Shown: positions 16,622-25,933 of the stretch, piece by piece | Layout of the letters: each line of letters starts with the position of its first letter | Position numbering within the stretch: position 1 is the stretch's first letter | Assembly: GCA_035390665.1 (NCBI GenBank) | Contig: DAOOUC010000009.1 | Span: 1-26,063 of the forward strand | Direction: 5' to 3' | DNA: 26,063 bases | From: an archaeon | Lineage (GTDB): Archaea; Iainarchaeota; Iainarchaeia; Iainarchaeales; CSSED10-239 | The notes under the pieces: generated by a model | Told to the model about the DNA's origin: nothing | The model's input: only the letters and a program-made list of their open reading frames with translations | Database searches by the model: none | Translations under genes and position numbers: made by a program

Positions 16622-16681
16622 TGCTTTTCCCGGTTTGGTTCTAAATTTGATTTATATAAAATATAATAAAAATAAATATAA

Positions 16682-18091
16682 ATGGTTTCTATTACTATTT
16701 ATATTATGAATACTAATTTTGAAAATCAACTTGATCTTATTAAAAGATATTTAGATTCTAAAAGTCTTGATTATTATGATATTAGACTAGAAAATACTAC
16801 GTCTAATAGAATAGCAATCGAGAACAAAATAGTAAAAGATATTGGAATTAATTCTGTTAGTGGAGTTGGAATTAGAATTATAAAAAATGGAAAGCTTGGA
16901 TTTTGTTCAAGTAATAATATTGATAACTATAAACAAATAATTGATGATTGTATCTCTAATCTTAAAGGAATTGATACTAAAACTAAGTTTAAAAACTTTG
17001 CAGAAAATAAAGACAAAGTTAAAACTAAATTTACTGATTTTGAAAACAAGACTATTGATGAAAAAACAAAAGGATTACTTACAATTAACAATAAAACACT
17101 AAAATCAAAAACCAAATATAAAATACTACAATCAAATATTACTTATCTTGAAAAACTTAAACAAAAATACTTTGTAAATCCTAATTCTTTTATTTATCAA
17201 GAACAGCCACATGTTATTTTTTATTCTATGATTACTGGAAAGTCTGGAAAAACTATTGAAAATAATATGGAGAGGTTTGGAGCTTTTGGTGGTCTTGAAA
17301 AATCAGATTTTTCTGTGTTTGATGGGCTTGTTAAGAAAAACATAGCTGGAGTTTCAGAATTACTTTTAGCTAAACCTTGCCCTGCTAAGAAAACAGACAT
17401 AATATTAACACCTAACTTGGTTGATCTTTTAGCACATGAAGCCATTGGCCATGCTTCTGAAGGAGATGCTGTTACTAATCATTCTTCTGTTTTAAAACTT
17501 GGACAAGTACTAACTGAAAATAAAGAAATAACAATTGCTGATAATCCAACAATTAAAGAATTTGGGCATTATGTTTATGATGATGAAGGAATAAAAGCAA
17601 GAGAGAAAACAATTGTTAAGAAAGGAATTGTTAGTGATTATCTTCTGGATATTGAATCTGCAACTAAACTTGGTATGAAATCTAACGGAAATGCCAGAGC
17701 TGAAAGTTTTTCCTCTAAACCAATTGTTAGAATGAGTAATACTTATTTCTTAGAAGGAAAAGAAAAACTTGATAGCATACTAAAAGACTTTAATGGCTAT
17801 CTTCTTGACGGCTTTGCTGGTGGACAAGTTGATCCAAGTGTTGGAACTTTTATGTTTGGAATCAAGAAAGCTTATGAGTATAGAAATGGAAAAAAGATTG
17901 GAACTTTTAAACAAGCCTCAATTTCTGGTAATATCTTAGATTATCTAAAGAATGCTAGTGCAGTAACAAACAAGATAGGAGAATTTGGATTTGGATTCTG
18001 TGGAAAAGATGGGCAGACTGCTTTTGTTTCTGGCTCTGGTCCACATATTAAAATTGATAATGCTGTATTAGGGGGAACCAAACATGAGTAA
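16682..18091 (+). CDS. tldD: TldD-type metallopeptidase (PmbA/TldD family, catalytic subunit)
   Basis: 'HEAIGHASEGD' (HExxxH...E) plus C-terminal Gly-rich 'GFCGKDGQ...SGSGPHIKI'. TTTATATA at 16651-16658 is about 27 nt before the ATG. Confidence 0.9.
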   Translation: MVSITIYIMNTNFENQLDLIKRYLDSKSLDYYDIRLENTTSNRIAIENKIVKDIGINSVSGVGIRIIKNGKLGFCSSNNIDNYKQIIDDCISNLKGIDTKTKFKNFAENKDKVKTKFTDFENKTIDEKTKGLLTINNKTLKSKTKYKILQSNITYLEKLKQKYFVNPNSFIYQEQPHVIFYSMITGKSGKTIENNMERFGAFGGLEKSDFSVFDGLVKKNIAGVSELLLAKPCPAKKTDIILTPNLVDLLAHEAIGHASEGDAVTNHSSVLKLGQVLTENKEITIADNPTIKEFGHYVYDDEGIKAREKTIVKKGIVSDYLLDIESATKLGMKSNGNARAESFSSKPIVRMSNTYFLEGKEKLDSILKDFNGYLLDGFAGGQVDPSVGTFMFGIKKAYEYRNGKKIGTFKQASISGNILDYLKNASAVTNKIGEFGFGFCGKDGQTAFVSGSGPHIKIDNAVLGGTKHE

Positions 18092-19379
18092 GGAAATATT
18101 TGATTTATGTCAAATAATAGCACGAGAAGAAAAAGTTGAGTTTCTTTATAGTGATGGATATTCTAAGAATATTAGAATAAATGGATTTGGTCTCTCAAAG
18201 ATTAGTAATCAAGAAGCTTCTGGTCTTTTGATTAGAGTTATTGTTAATGGTTATTCTGGTTTTACAACAATAACAAACATAACTGAAAAAAACATAAGAA
18301 TTGGAATAGATAAGGCTAAGAGAATTGCAAAACTTAAGAAAGGAACAAAAATTGTTGATTTTGGAAATAATGTTTCCAAAATAAAAACAAAACAAGACAA
18401 AGACATTCTTAATTTTGATATCTCTAGTAAATTTAAAGAAATTAAAAGTAACCTAACTAAAGAAAAACACATTAAAAGCTATGAAGGCGGATTAACTTGG
18501 AATAAAGGATATTCTTTTTATATTAACCCTTATACCTTTAAAGAAGACCTTCATGCAGTTACTTCCTTTGGGCTTATGGTTAACACTTTAGATAAGAGGC
18601 CATCTAGTGCTTCAGCATCACAAGTTTTTACAAAAGTAAAAGACATTGATTATGTTTCTGTTATTGATGAGGCTAAAAAAGAAGCAAAAACTACTTTAAA
18701 TCCTAAACAAGGAGAAAAAGGAGAATATGATTTAATATTTAGTTTTGATGCAACTGCTAGTATTCTTTCTAGTTTTATAATTCACCCAACTATTGGAGAA
18801 CTAATGTTTAAGAAACAAAGTTATCTTTCTAGTAGTCTTGGTAAATCTGTTTTTTCTAAGAACCTAACAATTACTGAAGATCCTTTTTTAGATTATTTTT
18901 CACACTCAGAAAGTATTGACGATGAAGGATTTAAGACAAGCAAGAAAGACATAATAAAGAACGGAAAATTTAATACATCCATTTACGATCAAGAATATTC
19001 TATTCTAGCTGGAAAGAAACCAACAGGTAATGGCTTTAGAGACGGGATTTATTCTCCAGTAACTTGTAACTTTACAAACCTTGTTGTCTCTCCAGGTAAG
19101 ACAAAGAAAGAAGACATTATCTCTAAGACTAAAAAAGGAATATATGTCTATGACGTGATGGGGATACACACAAGCAACATGACAAGTGGGGAATTCTCAT
19201 TAACCATTAATTCTGGAAAAGAAATAATTAATGGGAAATATAAAGACACAATCACTAACCTTAACTTTACTGGAAATGCTAGTGAGATGTTTAAGACACT
19301 TGAGATGTCAAAAGAACTGAAATTCTTTGGTTCTGCGATTGTTCCTGAGATGGTAATCCCTAAGGTCAAATTAATTTAA
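18084..19379 (+). CDS. pmbA: PmbA/TldE-type partner subunit (no HExxxH)
   Basis: Same fold signature ('GIYVYDVMGIHTSNMTSGEFSL', 'DDEG') without the metal-binding motif. Its ATG overlaps the tldD stop (ATGAGTAA). Confidence 0.85.
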   Translation: MSKEIFDLCQIIAREEKVEFLYSDGYSKNIRINGFGLSKISNQEASGLLIRVIVNGYSGFTTITNITEKNIRIGIDKAKRIAKLKKGTKIVDFGNNVSKIKTKQDKDILNFDISSKFKEIKSNLTKEKHIKSYEGGLTWNKGYSFYINPYTFKEDLHAVTSFGLMVNTLDKRPSSASASQVFTKVKDIDYVSVIDEAKKEAKTTLNPKQGEKGEYDLIFSFDATASILSSFIIHPTIGELMFKKQSYLSSSLGKSVFSKNLTITEDPFLDYFSHSESIDDEGFKTSKKDIIKNGKFNTSIYDQEYSILAGKKPTGNGFRDGIYSPVTCNFTNLVVSPGKTKKEDIISKTKKGIYVYDVMGIHTSNMTSGEFSLTINSGKEIINGKYKDTITNLNFTGNASEMFKTLEMSKELKFFGSAIVPEMVIPKVKLI

Positions 19380-19395
19380 ATAAAAATGATTTACA

Positions 19396-20340
19396 GTGAT
19401 AGACAAATTAATTTCAAATTACTATCTAACAAAATATAAATTTTATTCTTTTTTAAAAGGAATAAAGATTATTAGGAATAACAATTATTTCACGCTTATT
19501 AAAAATAACAAAAAATTAATTGTTAAGAAAAAAGAACTAACTTGGAGAAATCCATTAACTATTAAAAATAATTTTGATAAAATAAAAGTGGAATATAAGA
19601 ATCTAAACCAGGCAATTAATCTTTTTGATAAACTTTTTTCTTATTCTGTTTCTAAAACAGAAATTGATTTAACAAAAGACTTTGAAATTAATTTTTTCGG
19701 AAAAACTATCACCACTGATTTTGAACAATTTAAAGAAATAGAATATGGAATCTTGTGGTATAATAAACACTATAAACTAAAAGTTGGAGATGTTGTCTTT
19801 GATCTTGGAGGATATCACGGACTCTATTCGATTTTTGCATCATCTGTCGTTGGACCTAATGGAAAGATTTATTGTTTTGAGCCAGACAAAGACAATTTAG
19901 AAATCTTAAATAAAAATATTAAAGATAATAATTTAAAAAACATAATTGTAGAACCATTTGCAATCTCTAATAAAACCGGAGAAACCCAATTTTTTAAAAG
20001 AGGGCACGGGTCAAGAATTGTATCCTCTGACTTTAAAACAAACACAAAAAACGCAATAATCACAATCCGAACAATAAGACTATCAGACTATATAAGAAAC
20101 AACAAAATCCAGAAAATTGACTTTATCAAAGCAGACATAGAAGGAGCAGAGATTGAATTTGTTGAAGACTATCTAAAAAATATTTTGCCACTTGATATAA
20201 AGCCACGCATGGCAATAGCAAGTTATCACTACAGAAAAGACCTTGGCACAAACACCAGTAAACAAATTGCAAAAGAATTTAAAGACAAAGGAATAAAAGT
20301 AAATATAGGGAACCAAAAACACCTATGTGTTTTTGTTTAA
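19396..20340 (+). CDS. FkbM-family SAM-dependent methyltransferase
   Basis: 'VVFDLGGYHGLYSIFAS...GKIYCFEPDKDNLEILNKNIKDNNLKNIIVEPFAISNKTGETQFF...IDFIKADIEGAE' matches the FkbM signature. The only start in this frame is GTG at 19396, with no in-frame ATG before the catalytic core. Confidence 0.8.
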   Translation: MIDKLISNYYLTKYKFYSFLKGIKIIRNNNYFTLIKNNKKLIVKKKELTWRNPLTIKNNFDKIKVEYKNLNQAINLFDKLFSYSVSKTEIDLTKDFEINFFGKTITTDFEQFKEIEYGILWYNKHYKLKVGDVVFDLGGYHGLYSIFASSVVGPNGKIYCFEPDKDNLEILNKNIKDNNLKNIIVEPFAISNKTGETQFFKRGHGSRIVSSDFKTNTKNAIITIRTIRLSDYIRNNKIQKIDFIKADIEGAEIEFVEDYLKNILPLDIKPRMAIASYHYRKDLGTNTSKQIAKEFKDKGIKVNIGNQKHLCVFV

Positions 20341-20344
20341 TAAA

Positions 20345-21070
20345 TCACAACTTTTTTGCAACAATAATCATTGATGGAGAAAAATACTTGTTAGGCCATT
20401 TTATAAAAAAATTGATAATTCTAGCAATTATACTTAATGGATAAACTATTAATTTTGTTAATATGTTTTTATCTTTAATATCTTTCAATCCAAAATATAT
20501 GGTATTATAATAGTTGGCATATATTATTTTTAAATTCTCTTTTTCAATAATAATTTTAAGTTTCTCTAGATCCATAATTTCTAAATTGTGATTAAAAAGT
20601 GTTTTTCTATCAAAAAGATAATAGAACCAATATGTGGCATATCTGAAATTAGGAATTTCTAAAACTAAATAACCTTCTTTTTTAATTAAATCTATTTGTT
20701 TTTTAATTATTTTTTCAGGATTATGAAAATGTTCTATAAATCCAAAAGAACACACTACATCAAATTGAATACGAGGACTCCATTTAAAAAAATCAGATTT
20801 ATATAACTTATAATCCTTAACTCTATTATAATCTAAATTATTTTTTGTAAATCTAATTTTTTCACTATAATCTATACCATAAACTTTATATTTAAATATT
20901 TTGTTAAAATAAATCATATAATTCCCGGGAACACACCCTATTTCTAAAAAAGTTTTTTTTGTTTTTGGTAAATATCTATATAATATGTCACTATAAAGCA
21001 CAGTTTCTACTCTTTTTTTACTTAGCCCAGACCAATATCCGTCCCAATAATTTTTAGTTGTTAGTTTCAT
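20345..21070 (-). CDS. Class I SAM-dependent methyltransferase
   Basis: Motif I 'FLEIGCVPGN', 'VYGIDYS', and post-I/II 'FDVVCSFGFIEHF'. Confidence 0.75.
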   Translation of the reverse strand: MKLTTKNYWDGYWSGLSKKRVETVLYSDILYRYLPKTKKTFLEIGCVPGNYMIYFNKIFKYKVYGIDYSEKIRFTKNNLDYNRVKDYKLYKSDFFKWSPRIQFDVVCSFGFIEHFHNPEKIIKKQIDLIKKEGYLVLEIPNFRYATYWFYYLFDRKTLFNHNLEIMDLEKLKIIIEKENLKIIYANYYNTIYFGLKDIKDKNILTKLIVYPLSIIARIINFFIKWPNKYFSPSMIIVAKKL

Positions 21071-21076
21071 TTTTAT

Positions 21077-22048
21077 TTACCTTAAAGTGTTATTAAAAAA
21101 AGAAATATCTTTATTTTTAATTTTCTTTAAATTAATTAAAACATAAAATTGTGCACAAAATAGATACCAAATATTTTTTAAATTAAAATTAAATAAATAT
21201 ATAATAAAATTTTTCAATATTCTTCCGAATTTACTCCAAATAAATATTAAGGTGTTCTCGAAATACCCTCCAAAATGAATATTAAATAAATATATATCGT
21301 AAACGGCTTCCATATATATTAAATCTTTTTTTGGCATTCTCACATTTGTTGTACCTTCGTGAAAATAACGCGCCTTTCCGGTTAAAAACAAAGTATTTGG
21401 ATATTTTTTATATATTCTGTGAGATAAATCAATATCTTCGTTCCAACAATATTTCTTTAAATTATTATCCGGTTTTATTTTTAACAATATGCTCTTTTTG
21501 AATGTAGATTGCCCAGATAACCACATACAAGGAATTATCTTATTTTTTATATTTAATGGATAAGTATTTCCTAAAGACGGCCACAAATTACAATAATCAT
21601 TAGTATTTGCTGATATTAAGAATATACGATTATATATCTTTGTTATTTTATTTAATAATGCGTTTTTCCTTTTGATAGTATTAAACCCCATAACCCCTAA
21701 TGCGTCCGAGTTTTTATCAAATACTTCTAATATAAATTTATAATAATCCTTTTCAATAATCATATCATCATCTATAATGGATATTAAATTGCCTTTTGCT
21801 AACTGTATGCCCTTGTTTTTTCCAACAGTTAAACTATTTTCATCAGATTCTACATATATGATATTAATTTTTTGTGCGCGCTTATCTAATTTAATCTTCT
21901 TACATAGATTTTTAACAAATTCTAATTTGCCATTATCTATTATTATTAATTCCTTTGGCAGAATTGTTTGATTCAAAATTGCATATATACAATCTTCTAA
22001 TTCTTTTTGTCTTTTATAGGTTACTATTATCGTAGTTATAGAATACAT
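21077..22048 (-). CDS. Family 2 glycosyltransferase with a C-terminal hydrophobic tail
   Basis: 'TTIIVTYKRQKELEDCIYAILNQT...LIIIDNG', DxD 'IIDDDMI', and hydrophobic C-terminal segments. Confidence 0.85.
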   Translation of the reverse strand: MYSITTIIVTYKRQKELEDCIYAILNQTILPKELIIIDNGKLEFVKNLCKKIKLDKRAQKINIIYVESDENSLTVGKNKGIQLAKGNLISIIDDDMIIEKDYYKFILEVFDKNSDALGVMGFNTIKRKNALLNKITKIYNRIFLISANTNDYCNLWPSLGNTYPLNIKNKIIPCMWLSGQSTFKKSILLKIKPDNNLKKYCWNEDIDLSHRIYKKYPNTLFLTGKARYFHEGTTNVRMPKKDLIYMEAVYDIYLFNIHFGGYFENTLIFIWSKFGRILKNFIIYLFNFNLKNIWYLFCAQFYVLINLKKIKNKDISFFNNTLR

Positions 22049-22049
22049 A

Positions 22050-22808
22050 TTAATACTTCCAAATCAAATAAATTATTTTATAATATCTATAATTTTTTTC
22101 AGTTAATGGCTCTAATTTTATTTTAGAAATTTCATATTTCTTAAAAAAAAGAGAAGATAATTTATCTTTTAAAATTTCTTTATTCAAAAATTTAGTTCTT
22201 AATATATTTAAAGTTTTATTGGACAAATTAAATGTTTTAAAAATTTTTCGAGCCTTATTTTTAAATATAGTAAAAATCGTTTCTTTTTTAATTAAAAAAA
22301 CGCCATAAATTTCTAGATTATTATATTCTTTTTTAAGGTCTATAGGATTATAATAATATTTTCCCAAATCGCTTTTTTTAAATCCATCTTCGCGAAAAGC
22401 ATTGGGAATTTCTACAATTATTGTTCCATTAGAATTTAACCTTTTCTTTGCATTTTTAAGAAATTTATCCAATTTAATGTACTGTAATACTTGCATTGCT
22501 GAAATTACATCATATTTTCGTTTGTGTTTAAATTTTAGAAAATCGCAACATTCAAAATCAATTTTATTTGCATTTTTTTTAGAAATATTTTTTTTAGATT
22601 CTAATATATTTTCTTTATCGATATCAATAGCGTATATTTTCTTAATATTTTGATTTAACAAATAGTTTAATCCTAATCCGGATCCACACCCTACATCTAA
22701 AAGAGTTTTATCTTTAGAATATCTTTTAATTAATTCATACCTTTTTCCAATAATTTGTAATTCTTCTTTAGTATATGCTCGATTAATTGTCTCGGCTTCT
22801 AAACCCAT
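22050..22808 (-). CDS. Class I SAM-dependent methyltransferase
   Basis: Motif I 'LLDVGCGSGLG', 'IYAIDID' and 'YDVISAMQVLQYI'. Confidence 0.8.
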   Translation of the reverse strand: MGLEAETINRAYTKEELQIIGKRYELIKRYSKDKTLLDVGCGSGLGLNYLLNQNIKKIYAIDIDKENILESKKNISKKNANKIDFECCDFLKFKHKRKYDVISAMQVLQYIKLDKFLKNAKKRLNSNGTIIVEIPNAFREDGFKKSDLGKYYYNPIDLKKEYNNLEIYGVFLIKKETIFTIFKNKARKIFKTFNLSNKTLNILRTKFLNKEILKDKLSSLFFKKYEISKIKLEPLTEKNYRYYKIIYLIWKY

Positions 22809-22812
22809 TATA

Positions 22813-23961
22813 TCACTTCTTTTTGTAAAAATTTTGTATTATCTTAATTACATAATCTATTTGTTTATTTGCTAATTCAGGATACATTGGCAAAGAAATT
22901 ACTTCATTGGATATCTTTTCAGTAATAGGAAGTTTAAATTTATGTAATTCTGTTAATGCCTTCTGTTTATGATTTGGTATTCTCCAAGAAACTATTGTTT
23001 CCACACCACTTTTATTTAAATAATCATTTAACTTATCTCTTTTACCGTCTTTTACTCTTATCACATAATTTTGGTAAACATCATAATAATCTCCATTACT
23101 TGGTGCAGGAGGACAAACTATTTCTTTTAATCTTGATAATTCTTTATTATATCGGTTTGCAATCTCTCTTCTTCGTTTTATTGCTTTATCAAAATGTTTT
23201 AATTTAATTAGTAAAAATGCCGCATCCTTATTATCTAAAATAGAATTACCACCAATACAATGAATGTCTTTAGGGTCTGCCTTAATATTAAACATTCTTT
23301 GTACATATCCTGGGTATAATCCGTGATCTCTTAGTAAATATAATTTTTTCGCAAGCTCTTTATCTGTAGTTATTGCCATCCCGCCTTCTCCTTGAGAACC
23401 CAATACTTTTGCTGGGTAAAAACTATAACAACTAACATCTCCATAATGTCCTTTGCCTTTAAATTTAGCACCCGCGGCTTGTGCAGAATCTTCAACTACA
23501 AATAAATTATACTTTTTTGCAATTTTCATTATTTTTTCCATATTACACATTCTGCCATTTAAGTGAACTGGAATTATTGCTTTTGTTCTTTTAGTTATTA
23601 CTTTTTCAATTAGAGATTCATCCATGTTGTGATCTGTTTCTTTAACATCTATTAAAACTGGTGTTGCCCCCAATCTGCAGATGACGTCAATTGTAGCTAC
23701 AAATGTGTGAGACACAGTTATTACTTCATCTCCTGGACCTATGCCTCTAGCCCATAACGCGATATGTAATGCACCAGTACAACTGTCTGTACCTATACCA
23801 TATTTTGAATCATTCATTTTAGCTAGTTTATCTTCAAAATCTTGTAATTCTTTTTGAAAAATATAAGCACCTCTTTCATCACAACTACTATATGCCTTAT
23901 CAAATTCTTTTTTGTGATCTTTATATTGTTTTATGTATCCTACGAATGGAACTTTATACAT
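22813..23961 (-). CDS. DegT/DnrJ/EryC1/StrS-family PLP-dependent NDP-keto-sugar aminotransferase
   Basis: 'GTDSCTGALHIAL', 'DEVITVSHTFVAT', 'VVEDSAQAAGA', and 'SFYPAKVLGSQGEGG' (the catalytic Lys region). Confidence 0.9.
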   Translation of the reverse strand: MYKVPFVGYIKQYKDHKKEFDKAYSSCDERGAYIFQKELQDFEDKLAKMNDSKYGIGTDSCTGALHIALWARGIGPGDEVITVSHTFVATIDVICRLGATPVLIDVKETDHNMDESLIEKVITKRTKAIIPVHLNGRMCNMEKIMKIAKKYNLFVVEDSAQAAGAKFKGKGHYGDVSCYSFYPAKVLGSQGEGGMAITTDKELAKKLYLLRDHGLYPGYVQRMFNIKADPKDIHCIGGNSILDNKDAAFLLIKLKHFDKAIKRRREIANRYNKELSRLKEIVCPPAPSNGDYYDVYQNYVIRVKDGKRDKLNDYLNKSGVETIVSWRIPNHKQKALTELHKFKLPITEKISNEVISLPMYPELANKQIDYVIKIIQNFYKKK

Positions 23962-23962
23962 C

Positions 23963-25933
23963 TTAATCTCCTTTAAATTTTTTTAAAATTATATTTTTTA
24001 TTTTTTCAGAGTTAACAAAATATTCTTTCTCTAAAATTGAATTTGCTGGAGCTGGCGTGTCTGGTAAACATAATCTATAAATTGGATTTTTTAATTTCTT
24101 AAAAACTTCGCTTTCAGAAATCACTGCTGCAACTTCACTAGAAAAACCATTTGTTTTCCAACCGCCATCTACAATTAATACATTCTTTGTTTTACTTACT
24201 GAGTTAATTATTGTTTTTTTATCTAATGGTTTAATGGTTCTTACATCTATTATTTCACAAGATGCATTTTTTAATTCATTTGTGGCTTTTAGACACTCTG
24301 TAACTAAATATGAATTCGATATAATGGTTAAATCAGTCCCTGTTTTTACAATTTTTGCTAAACCTATTGGAATTTGTGGAGTGTTTATAGGAACTTTTGA
24401 CTTTGTATTATATAACCATTTATCGTCTATTAAGATTACTGGATTTGGATCATCAACTGATGAAACTAACAATCCGCTTACATCTGTTGCATTACTTGGC
24501 GCGACTACTTTTAATCCAGGAACATGCGCAAACATGCCATGTAATGATTGAGAATGTTGAGCACCCTGCTCCCCGCCGCGATTAATTATTGCTTGTATCG
24601 TTATGTTACAACTTAATCTGTCACCAAACATATAATTCCAATTAGATGCTAAATTAATTAATGGATCAAACGATAAATACATAAAATCGTGCCTTGCTTG
24701 TATCAATATAGGTTTTGTCCCAGAAAGACCTGCGCCTACACAAATTCCTGTAACTGCATTTTCTGAAATTGGGCAATCTATAATTCTATTCTCACCATAT
24801 TTTTTTATTAATCCATTAACACAACCACCAACATACCATGGACTTTTGATACCTATACCTATCAGGAAAGTATTTTTGTCTTTATTTAACAGAAAATCAT
24901 AAGTATCTCTTATTGCTTGTTCATAAGTTTTTTCTATTTGTTTTAAATTTCTTTTTTCTTTTGGAATTTTTGAAATATTTGAAAAAACATCTTTATAAGT
25001 GTCCTCAGGATTTGGCTTTGGTGCTTTCTCTGCCCAATTTATAATTTTGTCAATTTTTGAATATAGTTTATTATATCTTTCATCTATTTCTTTATTAGAA
25101 ATATTATATTTTTTTTGTAAATTCTTTATAGGGCATTTACTTATCCAGTAGTCTAATTCTTTTTTACTCCTTAACCCCATATCTAAATCGTTGTTTGGAC
25201 CAACATGTCCCCTTATTCTGTAAGTTATTGCTTCTATAAATATTGGACCTTGCCCTTTTGCAATTAATTTCTTTGCTTTTTTAAAAGTATTACTCACTTC
25301 CTCTACATTGTTTCCATCAATCAAAAAAGAGATTATCCCAAAAGATCTTGCTTTTTTACAAAGGTCAGTATCTGCAAATATACTTTTTAGTGGCATGTGA
25401 GTACTGTATCCATTATTTTCGCAAACTAAAACAAATGGCAATTTGTGTATTTTTGAAAAATTAAGAACTTCATAAACTATCCCTTCATTCATTGCGCCAT
25501 CTCCCACAAAAGAAACGGCAATGTTTTTTTGTTTTTTTATTTTATTTGCAAGCGCAACTCCTGCTCCTAGTGCTGGAGAACTACCTACAATTGCAGAACT
25601 ACCAAAAAAACCCATTTCTGGATATATTAAATGCATGCTTCCGCCTTTTCCTCGAGAACATCCCAATTTACTTGTAAAAATCTCTGCAGTAATGCCTTTT
25701 ATGTCGTTTGTTTTTGCAAGATAATGAGCATGTGATCGGTGATTACTAAAAATAATATCGTTTTTACTTAAATTAGAACAAACACCTACCGCTATTGCTT
25801 CTTCTCCTTCAGCTAAATGAACAGGTGTTTTTATCTTTTTATTTTTAGATAAATCTGCAATTCTGTTTTCAAAACACCTAATTAAGATCATCTGATCTAA
25901 ATAATTAATTATTTCTTTTTTTATTTTAGTCAT
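23963..25933 (-). CDS. Single-chain fusion of ThDP-dependent 2-oxoacid dehydrogenase E1 alpha and E1 beta modules
   Basis: N-terminal half: 'HLAEGEEA', 'GKGGSMH', and the ThDP motif 'GDGAMNEG...ENNGYS'. C-terminal half: 'DCPISENAVTGICVGAGLSG', 'GAQHSQS', 'PGLKVVAPS', then a transketolase-C-like end. The start is set at the ATG at 25933 (MTKIKKE), which overlaps the upstream gene's stop by 8 nt. The track start at 25960 would overlap by 35 nt. Confidence 0.85.
   Translation of the reverse strand: MTKIKKEIINYLDQMILIRCFENRIADLSKNKKIKTPVHLAEGEEAIAVGVCSNLSKNDIIFSNHRSHAHYLAKTNDIKGITAEIFTSKLGCSRGKGGSMHLIYPEMGFFGSSAIVGSSPALGAGVALANKIKKQKNIAVSFVGDGAMNEGIVYEVLNFSKIHKLPFVLVCENNGYSTHMPLKSIFADTDLCKKARSFGIISFLIDGNNVEEVSNTFKKAKKLIAKGQGPIFIEAITYRIRGHVGPNNDLDMGLRSKKELDYWISKCPIKNLQKKYNISNKEIDERYNKLYSKIDKIINWAEKAPKPNPEDTYKDVFSNISKIPKEKRNLKQIEKTYEQAIRDTYDFLLNKDKNTFLIGIGIKSPWYVGGCVNGLIKKYGENRIIDCPISENAVTGICVGAGLSGTKPILIQARHDFMYLSFDPLINLASNWNYMFGDRLSCNITIQAIINRGGEQGAQHSQSLHGMFAHVPGLKVVAPSNATDVSGLLVSSVDDPNPVILIDDKWLYNTKSKVPINTPQIPIGLAKIVKTGTDLTIISNSYLVTECLKATNELKNASCEIIDVRTIKPLDKKTIINSVSKTKNVLIVDGGWKTNGFSSEVAAVISESEVFKKLKNPIYRLCLPDTPAPANSILEKEYFVNSEKIKNIILKKFKGD

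Noticed and set aside
20345-22808. Apparent extra AT-richness of the two methyltransferase genes and the GT2 compared with the DegT and E1 genes, as a sign of horizontal acquisition.
   Set aside because: This is a visual impression only. I did not compute GC content or codon usage, and the tight coupling of all six genes argues for a single unit. It needs sliding-window GC and codon-adaptation analysis.
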